From Chloroflexia bacterium (GTDB lineage: Bacteria > Chloroflexota > Chloroflexia > DTKN01): DNA of 64,000 nucleotides. The number at the start of each line of letters is the position of its first letter. Within the stretch, counting starts at the first letter, position 1. Under the pieces are notes generated by a model. It had not been told where the DNA came from. It ran no database searches and saw only the letters and a list, made by a program, of their open reading frames with translations. Shown one piece after another: positions 52,428-61,708 of this stretch. The translations under genes and the position numbers were made by a program. The DNA lies in contig DAOTVY010000015.1 of the NCBI GenBank assembly GCA_034436115.1, positions 19,276 to 83,275 on the forward strand, written 5' to 3'.

Positions 52428-53213
52428 CTACTCGTAGTACTCCGGCGCGTGCTTCAGCTTCGGCCAGGAATCGGGGTCGTGGCTGGTAATCACCTTCACC
52501 CCGTAGACCCGGCGCAGGTTCCGGATCCGCTTGACCGACTTGACCACATCCGGCGGGCTGTAGACCAACCCCGGCAGGACATCCTCGTTCAGGATCTCCT
52601 CGGTGTAGATCAGGTCGCCGGTCAGGAGCATCGGGCCGCTCTTCTCGAGGTTCACCAGGAGCGACTGGTGGCCCGGAGTATGGCCCGGGGTAAAGAGGAT
52701 CTTGATCTTCCCGTCGCCGAAGACGTCGTACTCGTCCTCCTGGAAGCCCTCGAGCAGGTACCAGTTCAGGTAAGGCTTGTCAAAGTCGGCGCGGATGTAA
52801 GCCCCCCTCTGGTAAAAGTCCGGCACGTAGGCGTACTGCAGCTCGGCCCGCTGCACAAAGTAGATGGCGTTCGGGAACGCACCGCAGCCGCCGGCGTGGT
52901 CCAAATGCAGATGGGAGAAGATGACGTGGGTGATGTCCTCCGGCTTGACCCCGATCTTGGCGAGCTGGTTAACCACATACTCGTCTTCCCGCATCACGGG
53001 GTCGTAGGCCGCGACTACCGCCGCGCCCCAGTGCTTGATCTTGTCGCGGGCAACTTCCAGCGCATTGCCCGTGTCGAAGAGCACCTTGCCCTTTTCGTGC
53101 TCGATGAGATAGAAGGGCACCGGGACGTCGAACGGCACGCCGACTCCGCGGCCCATGGTGAAGAGGTGTTTCTGGCTCTTGAGGATCCCGCACTGGAACA
53201 TGTAGAGCTTCAT
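52428..53213 (-). CDS. Lactonase of the AiiA/AttM(BlcC) metallo-beta-lactamase family
   Basis: VLFDTG, SHLHLDHAGG (HxHxDH), TPGHTPGHQS, LLTGDLIY (AiiA-type Asp and Tyr), VITSHDP; ATG 53213 behind AGGAG. Confidence 0.88.
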   Translation of the reverse strand: MKLYMFQCGILKSQKHLFTMGRGVGVPFDVPVPFYLIEHEKGKVLFDTGNALEVARDKIKHWGAAVVAAYDPVMREDEYVVNQLAKIGVKPEDITHVIFSHLHLDHAGGCGAFPNAIYFVQRAELQYAYVPDFYQRGAYIRADFDKPYLNWYLLEGFQEDEYDVFGDGKIKILFTPGHTPGHQSLLVNLEKSGPMLLTGDLIYTEEILNEDVLPGLVYSPPDVVKSVKRIRNLRRVYGVKVITSHDPDSWPKLKHAPEYYE

Positions 53214-53306
53214 CGCACTCCTCCTTCTCGCATCCGCCGGGTCTTCCCCGGGGCAACCGGGAAACTGCCACCGGGTTGCCACCCCATTGTCAGCCTCCAG
53301 ACCTCC

Positions 53307-53798
53307 TTACGCCTTCTTGGGCGCGAGCCACGCGGGGATCATGACCGACACGTAGCCGAGCAGGATACCGACAAAGAGCCCGATCAGCGTGTAGAGGATG
53401 TTCTGGAAGGAGAAGAAATTGTCGGTCTTGAACTGGCCGAAGGTGAACGCGAAGAAGGCGGCGAAAGCACAGAAGGCAGCACTGGCCAGTTCCAGAGGCT
53501 TCCAGTTCATGAGGAGCACGAGCACCAGGGCGCAGATCCCCACGAGGATCGAGATGCCTACGAAGCCAAGTTCGCCTCCGAGCTTGAGCCCGTAGAGCGC
53601 CACGTGCCCGAGAAGCACACCGAGGAGCATGGGGAAGCCGGCCTTGAGGATCGCCGCGGCGTTGCTGCCCGCGACGAAGAAGAAGGCCCACCCGATAAAG
53701 CCCGCCCACGTGGGGAGCTTCAGTTTGATGGACACGTAAGTCCACAGGGCGGCCAGGATACCGATGCTGATGGACAGCGCCACGTACTTGAGGCGCAT
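53307..53798 (-). CDS. DUF1097-like membrane protein
   Basis: 163 aa, five to six TM helices; ALSISIGILAALW, WAGFIGWAFFF, LIGLFVGILLGYVS. Confidence 0.7.
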   Translation of the reverse strand: MRLKYVALSISIGILAALWTYVSIKLKLPTWAGFIGWAFFFVAGSNAAAILKAGFPMLLGVLLGHVALYGLKLGGELGFVGISILVGICALVLVLLMNWKPLELASAAFCAFAAFFAFTFGQFKTDNFFSFQNILYTLIGLFVGILLGYVSVMIPAWLAPKKA

Positions 53799-53822
53799 CT
53801 CTCCTCCTCCTTGCGCTGAGAA

Positions 53823-55106
53823 CTACCAGAGCACCATCGACTCGCGGAAGATCCGGGCCAGGTCCTCCTTCGTCACCGGGCGCGGGCAGCCAACCAGCAA
53901 ACGCTGCTGTTTCCAGCCGCCTTCTACCAGGCCAGGGATATCGTCCTCCGTATATCCCAACGCCGCAAGGCCGTTCGGGCATCCGATGTCCCGCATCAGC
54001 TGGATCAGCGCCTCGGGTAGCTTCATCGCGGCCTCCATCGGCGAAAGCCCGGAGATGTTGGCTCCAAGCAGCTCGGCGATGCGGGCGTGCTTCTCCGGGT
54101 TCGTCGGAGCCGTGAAGCGGAACGCCGCGGGCGCGGTCAGCACGACGGACAGCCCGTGCGGAACCAGGGCTTCCTCTACGGGGTACTCGCTCGGCTTCCA
54201 CTCACGGATCATGCCCGCGATCGGGTAGCCCAGGGCGTGCGGGATGTGAACCCCTGCGTTCCCGAAGCCGATGCCCGCAAAGGTCGCTGCCATAGCCATG
54301 TAGCTGCGCGCCTCGAGGTCATTGCCATTGTAGCAGGCCCGGCGCAGGTACTTCCCGACCCACTCGATCGCCTTCTCGCTCCAAAGGTCCGCGATCGGGT
54401 TCGACCCCACATAGGCCGGCCGCAAGCTTGGATCCTCTGGTTTCGGCCGCGTGTTGTAGGGTTTGCTCGTGAACGACTCGGCAGCGTGGGTCAGCACATC
54501 CAGCCCGGTAAAGGCCGTGACCTGAGGCGATTGCGTGATCGCGTTCAGCGGGTCGACGATGGCCATTGTCGGGCGGATGTTCACGTGCGAGATGCCCGTT
54601 TTCACCTTCAGCTGGAGGAGGTCCAACACGATCACCGGTGTCGTTTCGCTGCCGGTGCCGGTGGTTGTGGGAAGCGCAAAGTGGGGCTTTAGCGGACCGG
54701 GAACGAGCTTTCCCTGGCCGATCGGTTTGTTGATATAATCGAAAAGATCGGCGGGGTAGGTGTTGAAGAGGTTCATCGCCTTGGCGGTATCGATCGTGCT
54801 CCCGCCGCCCAGGGAGACGAAGGCGTCGTAGACCTCGTCCCCGACCGCCTGGATCGCCGCGCGGAAGGAGACGTCTGTGGGCTCGATGTGCACCTCATCG
54901 TAGATGCGCAGCTGGATCCCCTCGCGCTCGATGATCTGCTTCACGCGGTCGATCAGCCCATACTGCCAGAGGTTCTTATCGGCCACGAGCAGCACTTTCT
55001 TGGCGCCGAGGATCCGCAGTTCGTAGCCCAGTTCCTCGGTAGCCCCGATCCCAAACTTGAGCTTGCCCATGGAGAGAGGGATGACGGTTTCTAGCTCGAC
55101 GGACAT
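53823..55106 (-). CDS. Hydroxyacid-oxoacid transhydrogenase (ADHFE1/HOT-type Fe-alcohol dehydrogenase)
   Basis: KFGIGATEELGY, EPTDVSF, GGGSTIDTAKA, PTTTGTGSETT, GLDVLTHAAES, RPAYVGSNPIAD, GNAGVHIPHALGYPIAG, VPHGLSV, QQRLL. Confidence 0.88.
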   Translation of the reverse strand: MSVELETVIPLSMGKLKFGIGATEELGYELRILGAKKVLLVADKNLWQYGLIDRVKQIIEREGIQLRIYDEVHIEPTDVSFRAAIQAVGDEVYDAFVSLGGGSTIDTAKAMNLFNTYPADLFDYINKPIGQGKLVPGPLKPHFALPTTTGTGSETTPVIVLDLLQLKVKTGISHVNIRPTMAIVDPLNAITQSPQVTAFTGLDVLTHAAESFTSKPYNTRPKPEDPSLRPAYVGSNPIADLWSEKAIEWVGKYLRRACYNGNDLEARSYMAMAATFAGIGFGNAGVHIPHALGYPIAGMIREWKPSEYPVEEALVPHGLSVVLTAPAAFRFTAPTNPEKHARIAELLGANISGLSPMEAAMKLPEALIQLMRDIGCPNGLAALGYTEDDIPGLVEGGWKQQRLLVGCPRPVTKEDLARIFRESMVLW

Positions 55107-55231
55107 CGCTGCACCTCCTGACTGGAGCTTATATCCGCGTGCGATGCCCCAACGGCACCGCCCCGAGCTTGCCGGGCTCCTGAACCATCGGGCACCTGCC
55201 TCCTTCCGGCTCCTCAGCCCTGAAACTCAGG

Positions 55232-55292
55232 GCACCTATCGATCACCGCAGACACTCGTGCCACGCCGATTGCCGCGACGCACCTATCGATC
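55232..55292. repeat. 13-bp direct repeat upstream of the transhydrogenase gene
   Basis: GCACCTATCGATC at 55232-55244 and 55280-55292 (48-bp period). Confidence 0.9.
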
Positions 55293-55365
55293 CATTCTCC
55301 CTTGGGGCTCCCTGGAGGCATCCACCAGGGTCTGCCCGGCGGCCATACCTGCAAAGGGATATAGG

Positions 55366-57111
55366 TTAGGACGATGGCCTCTCCCAGCCACGCCGGTCAT
55401 AGTACTCGCGGACCATTTTCTCCAGTTCCTCGGGGGTCAAGCGCTCGCCGCTGGGCTGGATCGGTTCACGCAAGAGGCGCTCCGGGAGCGTGTCGTCGGC
55501 CGGAACCATGCCCTCACGCAGGTTGTAGGATCGGATCAGGTTGGCGATGCGCGCCGAAAGGGCCTGCAACCCAGCCTTGTCGAGCTCCAACCCCGTCAAG
55601 CCCCGGATGATGCGGGGCAGGTCGTCCCAGCCGATCATATCCCGGTAAAAGCGGCAGAAGATCAGCGTATCAAAGACCGTGTGGCGGTCTTCAAAGTCGA
55701 GCACCAAGTCCGCCTTGCCCTCAGCCGTCGTCCGATCGACCCAACCGGCCAGCTCGGCCTTGTACACGGTAGCCCGCAGATGACAGGCACCGCGATCCGA
55801 GATCGCATAGGCCAGGCCCATGCCTTTGAGCCCACGGGGGTCATACCCAGCCGGCTCGAGCCCCTTGACGTGGATCGCCAGTTCCTCCAGCCCCAGCTGC
55901 CGCGCGGCCGAACGCACGCCTCCGGCAAAGATTTCCCCTATGCCCTCGCGCGCGGCGACCTTCCGCAGCAACTCGGCGATCCCGTCCACATCTCCATAAT
56001 CCAGCCCGAGGTCGAGGACACCCCGACGACAAGCCTCGATTGCCAGGCCCGCGACGTTGCCCCCGGTGATCGTGTCCAGCCCCAGGCGGTCGCACAAGTC
56101 GTTCAGGTAGAGGATTTCGGCGAGGTCGTCCACCCCGCACAGGCCGCCGAACGCGTAGATGGTCTCGTATTCCGGGCCCTCGACCGTCAGCCCGGCGTGC
56201 CGACCGTCCGGAACCGTAACCAGCTTGCCACAGGCAAAGAAGCAGCGGTAGCAGGCCTTGGGACGAGGCTGGAAACGCTCGACCAGTGCATCGCCGCTGA
56301 TCTGCGCCCAGTGGGGAACCGTGCCCGCAGACCAGTAGTAGCTGGGGAAAGCACCGGCGCGGTTCGTGAGCGCCACCACCATCGGTGTCCCGAACTTCCG
56401 GTAGTTGGCCGCGCCGGCGTCCGTCTTGCCCCGTTCCCGCAGTTCGCGGTCGTAGGCGGCGATGTCCTCAGGGTCGAAAAGCTGGCACTCTGCCCGGCCG
56501 TGGAAGACGATGCCCTTGACCTTCTTCGAGCCGAGCACGGCCCCCATACCGACGCGCCCGGCCTGCCGGCCGCGGTCGTTTCCCACCAGGGCAAAGCGCA
56601 CCAGGCGCTCGCCGGCGGGCCCGATGACCATCGCCTTCGCGCCGGGGATCCCCACATCCTTCTCCAGTGCCTCCTCCGCCGCATAGGCGTCCAACCCCCA
56701 GAATGGCCGCGCATCGTGAAAGGTTACCCCAGCGTCCGAGATCTCCAGATAGATGGGGTCGCTCGATGCCCCCCGGATGACGATCGCGTCGTAACCCGTC
56801 GCCTTGATCTGGGGAGCAATGTGGCCGCCAGAAGCCGACTCGCCAAAGATGCCCGTCTGCGGGGATTTGCTGATCAGGATGTAGCGGCTTGCCGGAGCCA
56901 GGACCGTGCCGGTGGCAGGACCGGTGGTGACGATGAGCGGGTTTTCGGGGGAAAGGGGATCCACTCCACGAGGGGCATACTGGGAAAGGAGATACGCACC
57001 GAGGCCCTTCCCACCCAGGTAGTCTCTCAGCACCTCCTCCGCCACGGCCTCCGCCCGAAAGTTCCGTTCCGACACGTCCACGTGCAGGATCCGTCCGTGG
57101 AAGCCCAGCAT
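55366..57111 (-). CDS. Aldehyde:ferredoxin oxidoreductase (tungstopterin AOR family)
   Basis: GGKGLG, KSPQTG, ESASGG, IGPAGE, GMGAVLGSKKVKG, CYRCFFAC, EGPEYET, GLDTI, RGACHL; ATG 57111 behind GGAGG. Confidence 0.93.
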   Translation of the reverse strand: MLGFHGRILHVDVSERNFRAEAVAEEVLRDYLGGKGLGAYLLSQYAPRGVDPLSPENPLIVTTGPATGTVLAPASRYILISKSPQTGIFGESASGGHIAPQIKATGYDAIVIRGASSDPIYLEISDAGVTFHDARPFWGLDAYAAEEALEKDVGIPGAKAMVIGPAGERLVRFALVGNDRGRQAGRVGMGAVLGSKKVKGIVFHGRAECQLFDPEDIAAYDRELRERGKTDAGAANYRKFGTPMVVALTNRAGAFPSYYWSAGTVPHWAQISGDALVERFQPRPKACYRCFFACGKLVTVPDGRHAGLTVEGPEYETIYAFGGLCGVDDLAEILYLNDLCDRLGLDTITGGNVAGLAIEACRRGVLDLGLDYGDVDGIAELLRKVAAREGIGEIFAGGVRSAARQLGLEELAIHVKGLEPAGYDPRGLKGMGLAYAISDRGACHLRATVYKAELAGWVDRTTAEGKADLVLDFEDRHTVFDTLIFCRFYRDMIGWDDLPRIIRGLTGLELDKAGLQALSARIANLIRSYNLREGMVPADDTLPERLLREPIQPSGERLTPEELEKMVREYYDRRGWERPSS

Positions 57112-57166
57112 CGTTGCCTCCTGTTGTTCAGGGCAGCCAGAAACCGGAAGGTGCTTAACGGCTTTA

Positions 57167-57195
57167 AATATAGCACAGGAGGCGGAGAAAAGCAA
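57167..57195 (-). promoter_or_regulatory. Promoter of the AOR cluster
   Basis: TTGCTT-17-TATATT with extended TG. Confidence 0.65.
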
Positions 57196-57381
57196 CCGCC
57201 AGGATGATCGAGCAAGCGCCTGCGTCGGCGTTGCTTTCCGAAAACGTTTGCACTGCGGGATATTTCTCACACTTTTTCGTGCTTTCCGCGGATCTTTCAC
57301 CGGCCCGTGACCCGCTCGTTCCGAAGACAGGATCTCGCCCTGGCCGGCCCGCGCAACCGGTCCGTGCCACAGGCTGTGCCG

Positions 57382-57413
57382 TTGCACGAGCCTTGTCGCA
57401 GTGCTATACTGCG
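57382..57413 (+). promoter_or_regulatory. Promoter of the XPB-like helicase with an inverted repeat over the -10
   Basis: TTGCAC-17-TATACT with extended TG; CGCAGT-N5-ACTGCG at 57397-57413. Confidence 0.7.
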
Positions 57414-57448
57414 TGCGCAATCGGACTCTGCCTGAAGTCCGGGGGGAC

Positions 57449-59164
57449 GTGTTGAGCGCGCCGCTCATCCTACAGCCGGACCGGACCATCCTACTGGATA
57501 TGGGCCACCCGCTCGCACACGAATTGCGGGATCGACTCGCCTCTTTTGCGGATCTGGAGCAGAGCCTTCAGCACCTCTGCCTCTATCGGCTCACCCGGCT
57601 TTCCCTATGGAATGCGGCTGCTGCCGGCCTGCAGCCCGAGCCCCTCGTGGAAATGCTCGCAGCGAACAGTCGCTACGGCATCCCACCGGAGGTCGAGGCC
57701 TGGATCCGCGAGACCATGGCACGCTACGGCCGGCTGTTGCTTTTGCGGGAAGGGGAAATGCTGCTGCTGCAAGCAGACGACGCCGCATTGATCGCCCGAC
57801 TCGCGCGGAGTCGCGCCATCCAGGAGTTCCTGTGCGGGCAACGGGACCCGAAAAGCCTGCTCGTGCATCCTGAGGCCCGGGGCCTCCTCAAGCAACGCCT
57901 GCGGCAGCTGGGGTATCCGCCCGCGGACCACGCGGGTTATATGCCGGGTGCGCCGCTGCCGATCTCGCTACGCGCCTGGACCCGAAGCGGTCGGCGCCTG
58001 GTGCTTCGGCCCTACCAGGAAGCCGCTGCGGCGGCCTTTATGCGGGAAGGGATGCACGGCGGAAGCGGGGTCATCGTGCTTCCGTGCGGCGCCGGGAAGA
58101 CGATCGTCGGCCTGGCCGTGATGGCCCGGTTGCGCACGCATACGCTGATCCTGTGCCCTCACGCGACCGCCGTGCGCCAATGGCGCGAGGAGCTCCTGGA
58201 CAAGACCACCCTCGAAGCGGAGGACATTGCCGAGTACACCGGAGAGGCCAAGAGAATGGCCCCCGTCACCTTGGCCACATACCAGATCCTGACCCATCGT
58301 CCCGCCCCGTGTGGCCAGCGGCAGGCGCCGTTCTTTCCCCACCTAGCCCTCTTCGAGCAGCGGAACTGGGGCCTGATCATCTACGATGAGGTGCACCTGC
58401 TCCCCGCACCCGTGTTCCGGATCACGGCGCACCTGCAGAGCCGGCGACGCCTGGGGTTGACCGCCACGCTGGTACGCGAGGATGGGCGCCAGGGGGACGT
58501 CTTTTCCCTCGTCGGGCCCAAAGTGTACGAAGCGCCGTGGAAACAGCTGGAGGCCCAGGGGTGGCTGGCCCAGGTCGAGTGCTTGGAGGTGCGGGTCACC
58601 GTCCCGGATGCGCTACGCCTCGACTATGCTTGCGCACCCAGGAACCACGTCCGCTCCCGCTTGGCTGCAGAGAACCAGCGCAAAGAGGCCGTGGTCCATC
58701 GACTGGTCCGGCGGCATCAGGGGGAGCAAACGTTGATCATCGGTCGATACCTGACCCAATTGCGGGCCCTCGCAGCTTCCCTGGGCGCGCCCCTGATCAC
58801 CGGGCACACGCCCCTGGAGGAGCGGGAACGGCTTTACGCCGCCTTTCGCCGGGGCGAGCAACCGGTGCTGATCGTCTCTAACGTGGCAAACTACGCACTT
58901 GATCTCCCGGAAGCTAGCGTGGCGATCCAGGTATCGGGCACTTACGGTTCCCGGCAGGAAGAAGCCCAGCGGTTGGGCCGCATCCTGCGTCCCAAGCCCG
59001 ATGGGCGGCCCGCACGCTTCTATACGTTGGTGTCGCAGGGTACCAACGACCAGGAGTACGCCTTGCGCCGTCAGCGCTTCTTGGTCGAGCAGGGCTACCG
59101 CTATACGATCCTGAGCGAGGACGCGCTGGAGGAGGGAGACGCAGATCCCCTGCCAGCGGGCTAA
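57449..59164 (+). CDS. XPB/Ssl2/Rad25-like superfamily 2 helicase
   Basis: N-terminal PLILQPDRTILL...YRLTRLSLWNAAAAG; LRPYQ, VLPCGAGKT, DEVH, LGLTATLVREDG, LDLPEA, SRQEEAQRLGRILRPK. Start placed at GTG 57449 because the longer ORF start overlaps the promoter. Confidence 0.93.
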   Translation: MLSAPLILQPDRTILLDMGHPLAHELRDRLASFADLEQSLQHLCLYRLTRLSLWNAAAAGLQPEPLVEMLAANSRYGIPPEVEAWIRETMARYGRLLLLREGEMLLLQADDAALIARLARSRAIQEFLCGQRDPKSLLVHPEARGLLKQRLRQLGYPPADHAGYMPGAPLPISLRAWTRSGRRLVLRPYQEAAAAAFMREGMHGGSGVIVLPCGAGKTIVGLAVMARLRTHTLILCPHATAVRQWREELLDKTTLEAEDIAEYTGEAKRMAPVTLATYQILTHRPAPCGQRQAPFFPHLALFEQRNWGLIIYDEVHLLPAPVFRITAHLQSRRRLGLTATLVREDGRQGDVFSLVGPKVYEAPWKQLEAQGWLAQVECLEVRVTVPDALRLDYACAPRNHVRSRLAAENQRKEAVVHRLVRRHQGEQTLIIGRYLTQLRALAASLGAPLITGHTPLEERERLYAAFRRGEQPVLIVSNVANYALDLPEASVAIQVSGTYGSRQEEAQRLGRILRPKPDGRPARFYTLVSQGTNDQEYALRRQRFLVEQGYRYTILSEDALEEGDADPLPAG

Positions 59165-60432
59165 GGCCGCTCGTGGTCCTGGGGAGCAAGCTTCGGCAGG
59201 TGCCAGGAAAGGATGTGGGACGCCGCCACGGCCGCGCCAGCGAGGCCAAACAACACTCCATAAGACGTGCTTTGGAGGATGGCCCCGCCTAGCGTCGGCA
59301 GAACGACCAGGAGGCCCCCTGCCGTGTTGAACAGGCCCACATAGGTTGGGCGATCGTGGGCTGGGGACAGGCGAAGGACATAGTTCACGTAACCCAGCAT
59401 GTAAGCGCTCCCCACGGCACCGACCACTAGGAAAACCAGCGCATACACCACCAGGAGTCCGGTCCCTCCACGCACGCGCAGGAGGAAAAGGATCAGCCCG
59501 GTCAGCGGGGCAATCAATCCGATCGCCGTTGCCACTTGGATCACGCGCTGGCTTCCTGCCCTCTCACTGAGCGCCCCGAAAGCGACGCTGGCGAGAATGG
59601 TTCCCGCCGTTTGTACCGCTGCGTAAAGGCCCACCGTGGAAGAAGGCAGCCCAAGTTCTCTGGTCGCAAAGAGGATATAGAAGCCGCTCGCCAGGAGGTC
59701 AAAGCCAGCTAGCAACCTGACGCCAATGACCCGCCGGAACAGGCGATCTTCGACCAGGGTGCGGCGCAGGTGCGCGAGATAGCTTCCCCAGGACGGCCGC
59801 TCCTCCGCGACCGGTTCTTCCGGCTCGACCACAAAGCAAAGGGACGCGAACGAAAACAGCAGGAAGAAGCCCGCCAAGGCAAAGATCACCGCATAGTTCA
59901 GGGGGAAGGGCGGACCCTGGTCCCCGAGCAGCCGCGCAATCACGGCGCCAGCGCCGATTGCCAGAAGGCCGTTCAGTCCCTGGCCAAGGCCGATGAGCCG
60001 CCCGCGCCGTTCTTCCGGCATGGCCTTGGCCAGCACGTCGAACCAGGCGACCGCGGCGAGGGCGTCGCTTCCCAGGAAGACCGCCTCCGCGGCAAACAGC
60101 AGGCCCAACGCCAGGCTCGGGGAACGCCCCAGTCCCAGCGCCAGCGCCAGTGCGTAGAAGAGAATCCATGGCCGGCCGATCGCCGACCCCAGCAGGATGT
60201 ATGGCTTCTTGCGCCGTTTGTTCAACAGGAAATTGGCAAAGAAAATCTGCGGAAGGAGCCAGGCTCCGTCGCTTGCGGTAGTAAAAAGCCCCACGACCAC
60301 TTTGCTAGGCGTCAGGTGGGCGATGTAGGCCGGGAGGGTCGTGGTGATCCCCGCGAAGGTCATCGCCAGCCCGAAGCCGATATAGTCACCCAGCAGAGCG
60401 AGGAAGTTGCGTCGGTAGTGGGCGGTTGCCAC
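59161..60432 (-). CDS. Major facilitator superfamily transporter
   Basis: About 12 TM helices; RRNFLALLGD, WLLPQIF, ERRGRLIG, GALSERAG, DRPTYVGLFNT; GTG 60432. Confidence 0.9.
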   Translation of the reverse strand: MATAHYRRNFLALLGDYIGFGLAMTFAGITTTLPAYIAHLTPSKVVVGLFTTASDGAWLLPQIFFANFLLNKRRKKPYILLGSAIGRPWILFYALALALGLGRSPSLALGLLFAAEAVFLGSDALAAVAWFDVLAKAMPEERRGRLIGLGQGLNGLLAIGAGAVIARLLGDQGPPFPLNYAVIFALAGFFLLFSFASLCFVVEPEEPVAEERPSWGSYLAHLRRTLVEDRLFRRVIGVRLLAGFDLLASGFYILFATRELGLPSSTVGLYAAVQTAGTILASVAFGALSERAGSQRVIQVATAIGLIAPLTGLILFLLRVRGGTGLLVVYALVFLVVGAVGSAYMLGYVNYVLRLSPAHDRPTYVGLFNTAGGLLVVLPTLGGAILQSTSYGVLFGLAGAAVAASHILSWHLPKLAPQDHERP

Positions 60433-60564
60433 GATGCGCCCTTCCTTTCCCCGAGCCTGGATACAGCCACTAAGGCCGCGGCAGCCCGACAAGCGCTTCG
60501 GTCACCGCGGCCCCTGGCGTTCAGGGGAGTGCGCCCAAGTTCGGTCACCTAGACTTGGCCGCCC

Positions 60565-61569
60565 TCAAGGAAGGGTTTGGAAAAAGGTGACCGGTTCGAT
60601 GTCCGCCATCGTGCGCAGTCCTGGGCGCGCGCGCATCACCACCGGGAGGGCGTTCACGGTGATCGCGCAGGTAGCGATATCCCCATTGACCCCGCCCGGG
60701 ATGACCGAATCGATCGTCGGGGTGCCCTCGATGCGGATACGGTCACGCGGCTCTGGCTCTCCGATCGTCGCCCGGAAGCGCAGGGTGATGACCTCGCGGC
60801 CGTTCCGGTAGGCGTGGCCAGTCTGGTTCACCCCCAGGCAGTAGCCGGGTTCGATGACGATCTCTCCGGCTACCACACGTTCCGTAGCCACCACAGGTTC
60901 GATGATGTCCTCGGTGCGGTCCAGATTCCAGCCCATTCGGGAGGCGATCATGTGCATCGACTCTGTTAAGCCGACGTGACGGAGCGTCCCCCCGCGCACC
61001 TTTTCCTGAAACTCCTGGACCGTCAGTCCGGCCCCGATCTTGCGCTGGAACGGAAGGCGGCGGTACTGGGCGTCCTGGAAGCGCTCCACGAGGATCGAGC
61101 GCACGTCCTGGCAGATAGCAGTCAAGACGATCGGCAGGAGATCCATCAGGAAGCCCGGATTCACCCCGGTTCCCAGCACGGCCACCCCCCTTTCCCGCGC
61201 GGCCCGGTCGATCTGCTCAGCGATGGCCGGCTGGGTGTGCCAGGGATACGAGAGCTCCTCGCAGGTCGAAACCACGGGGAGCCCGTGGGAGACGACCCGC
61301 AGGATCTGCTCTTTTGCCTTTTCCAGACTGGAGGTTGTGGTGAGGACCACCACATCTGCACCCTCCCGTAGCACCGTATCGGCATCGGCGCAGACGGTGG
61401 TCCCGAGCGGGGGCAGGCCGGCCAGCTCGCCAACGTCGCGGCCCACTTTCCCCGGATCGATATCGATGGCCCCTACGATGCGAAAGGTTGGCCGCTCACA
61501 AAGGTACCGCGTGACCCGGTTGCCAATCGGCCCGAGCCCATACTGGATCACCCGGATGGGATGTGCCAT
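60565..61569 (-). CDS. NAD(P)-dependent dehydrogenase, DapB-like / 2,4-diaminopentanoate dehydrogenase family
   Basis: IQYGLGPIG, VGAIDID, VVSTCEEL, GTGVNPGF, HVGL.ES, GGVNGDIATCA; ATG 61569 behind GGAGGAGG. Confidence 0.8.
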   Translation of the reverse strand: MAHPIRVIQYGLGPIGNRVTRYLCERPTFRIVGAIDIDPGKVGRDVGELAGLPPLGTTVCADADTVLREGADVVVLTTTSSLEKAKEQILRVVSHGLPVVSTCEELSYPWHTQPAIAEQIDRAARERGVAVLGTGVNPGFLMDLLPIVLTAICQDVRSILVERFQDAQYRRLPFQRKIGAGLTVQEFQEKVRGGTLRHVGLTESMHMIASRMGWNLDRTEDIIEPVVATERVVAGEIVIEPGYCLGVNQTGHAYRNGREVITLRFRATIGEPEPRDRIRIEGTPTIDSVIPGGVNGDIATCAITVNALPVVMRARPGLRTMADIEPVTFFQTLP

Positions 61570-61626
61570 GGCTCCTCCTCCTTGAGGTTGCTGCTCGACT
61601 CGCACCGACCCAATGCACAACGAAAG

Positions 61627-61697
61627 CTGCCGGGCCAGGATTCGAACCTGGGTCAAAGGATCCAAAGTCCCCCGTGCTACCGCTGCACCACCCGGCA
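61627..61697 (-). tRNA. tRNA-Gln (anticodon TTG)
   Basis: U1-A72 acceptor TGCCGGG/CCCGGCA, anticodon arm GGGGA-CTTTGGA-TCCTT, T arm CCAGG-TTCGAAT-CCTGG. Confidence 0.96.
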
Positions 61698-61708
61698 GCG
61701 CATGGATA

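Noticed and set aside
55248-55263. sigma54 promoter TGGCACG...TGC before the transhydrogenase
   Set aside because: GG-to-GC spacing is 11 rather than the strict 10 bases.
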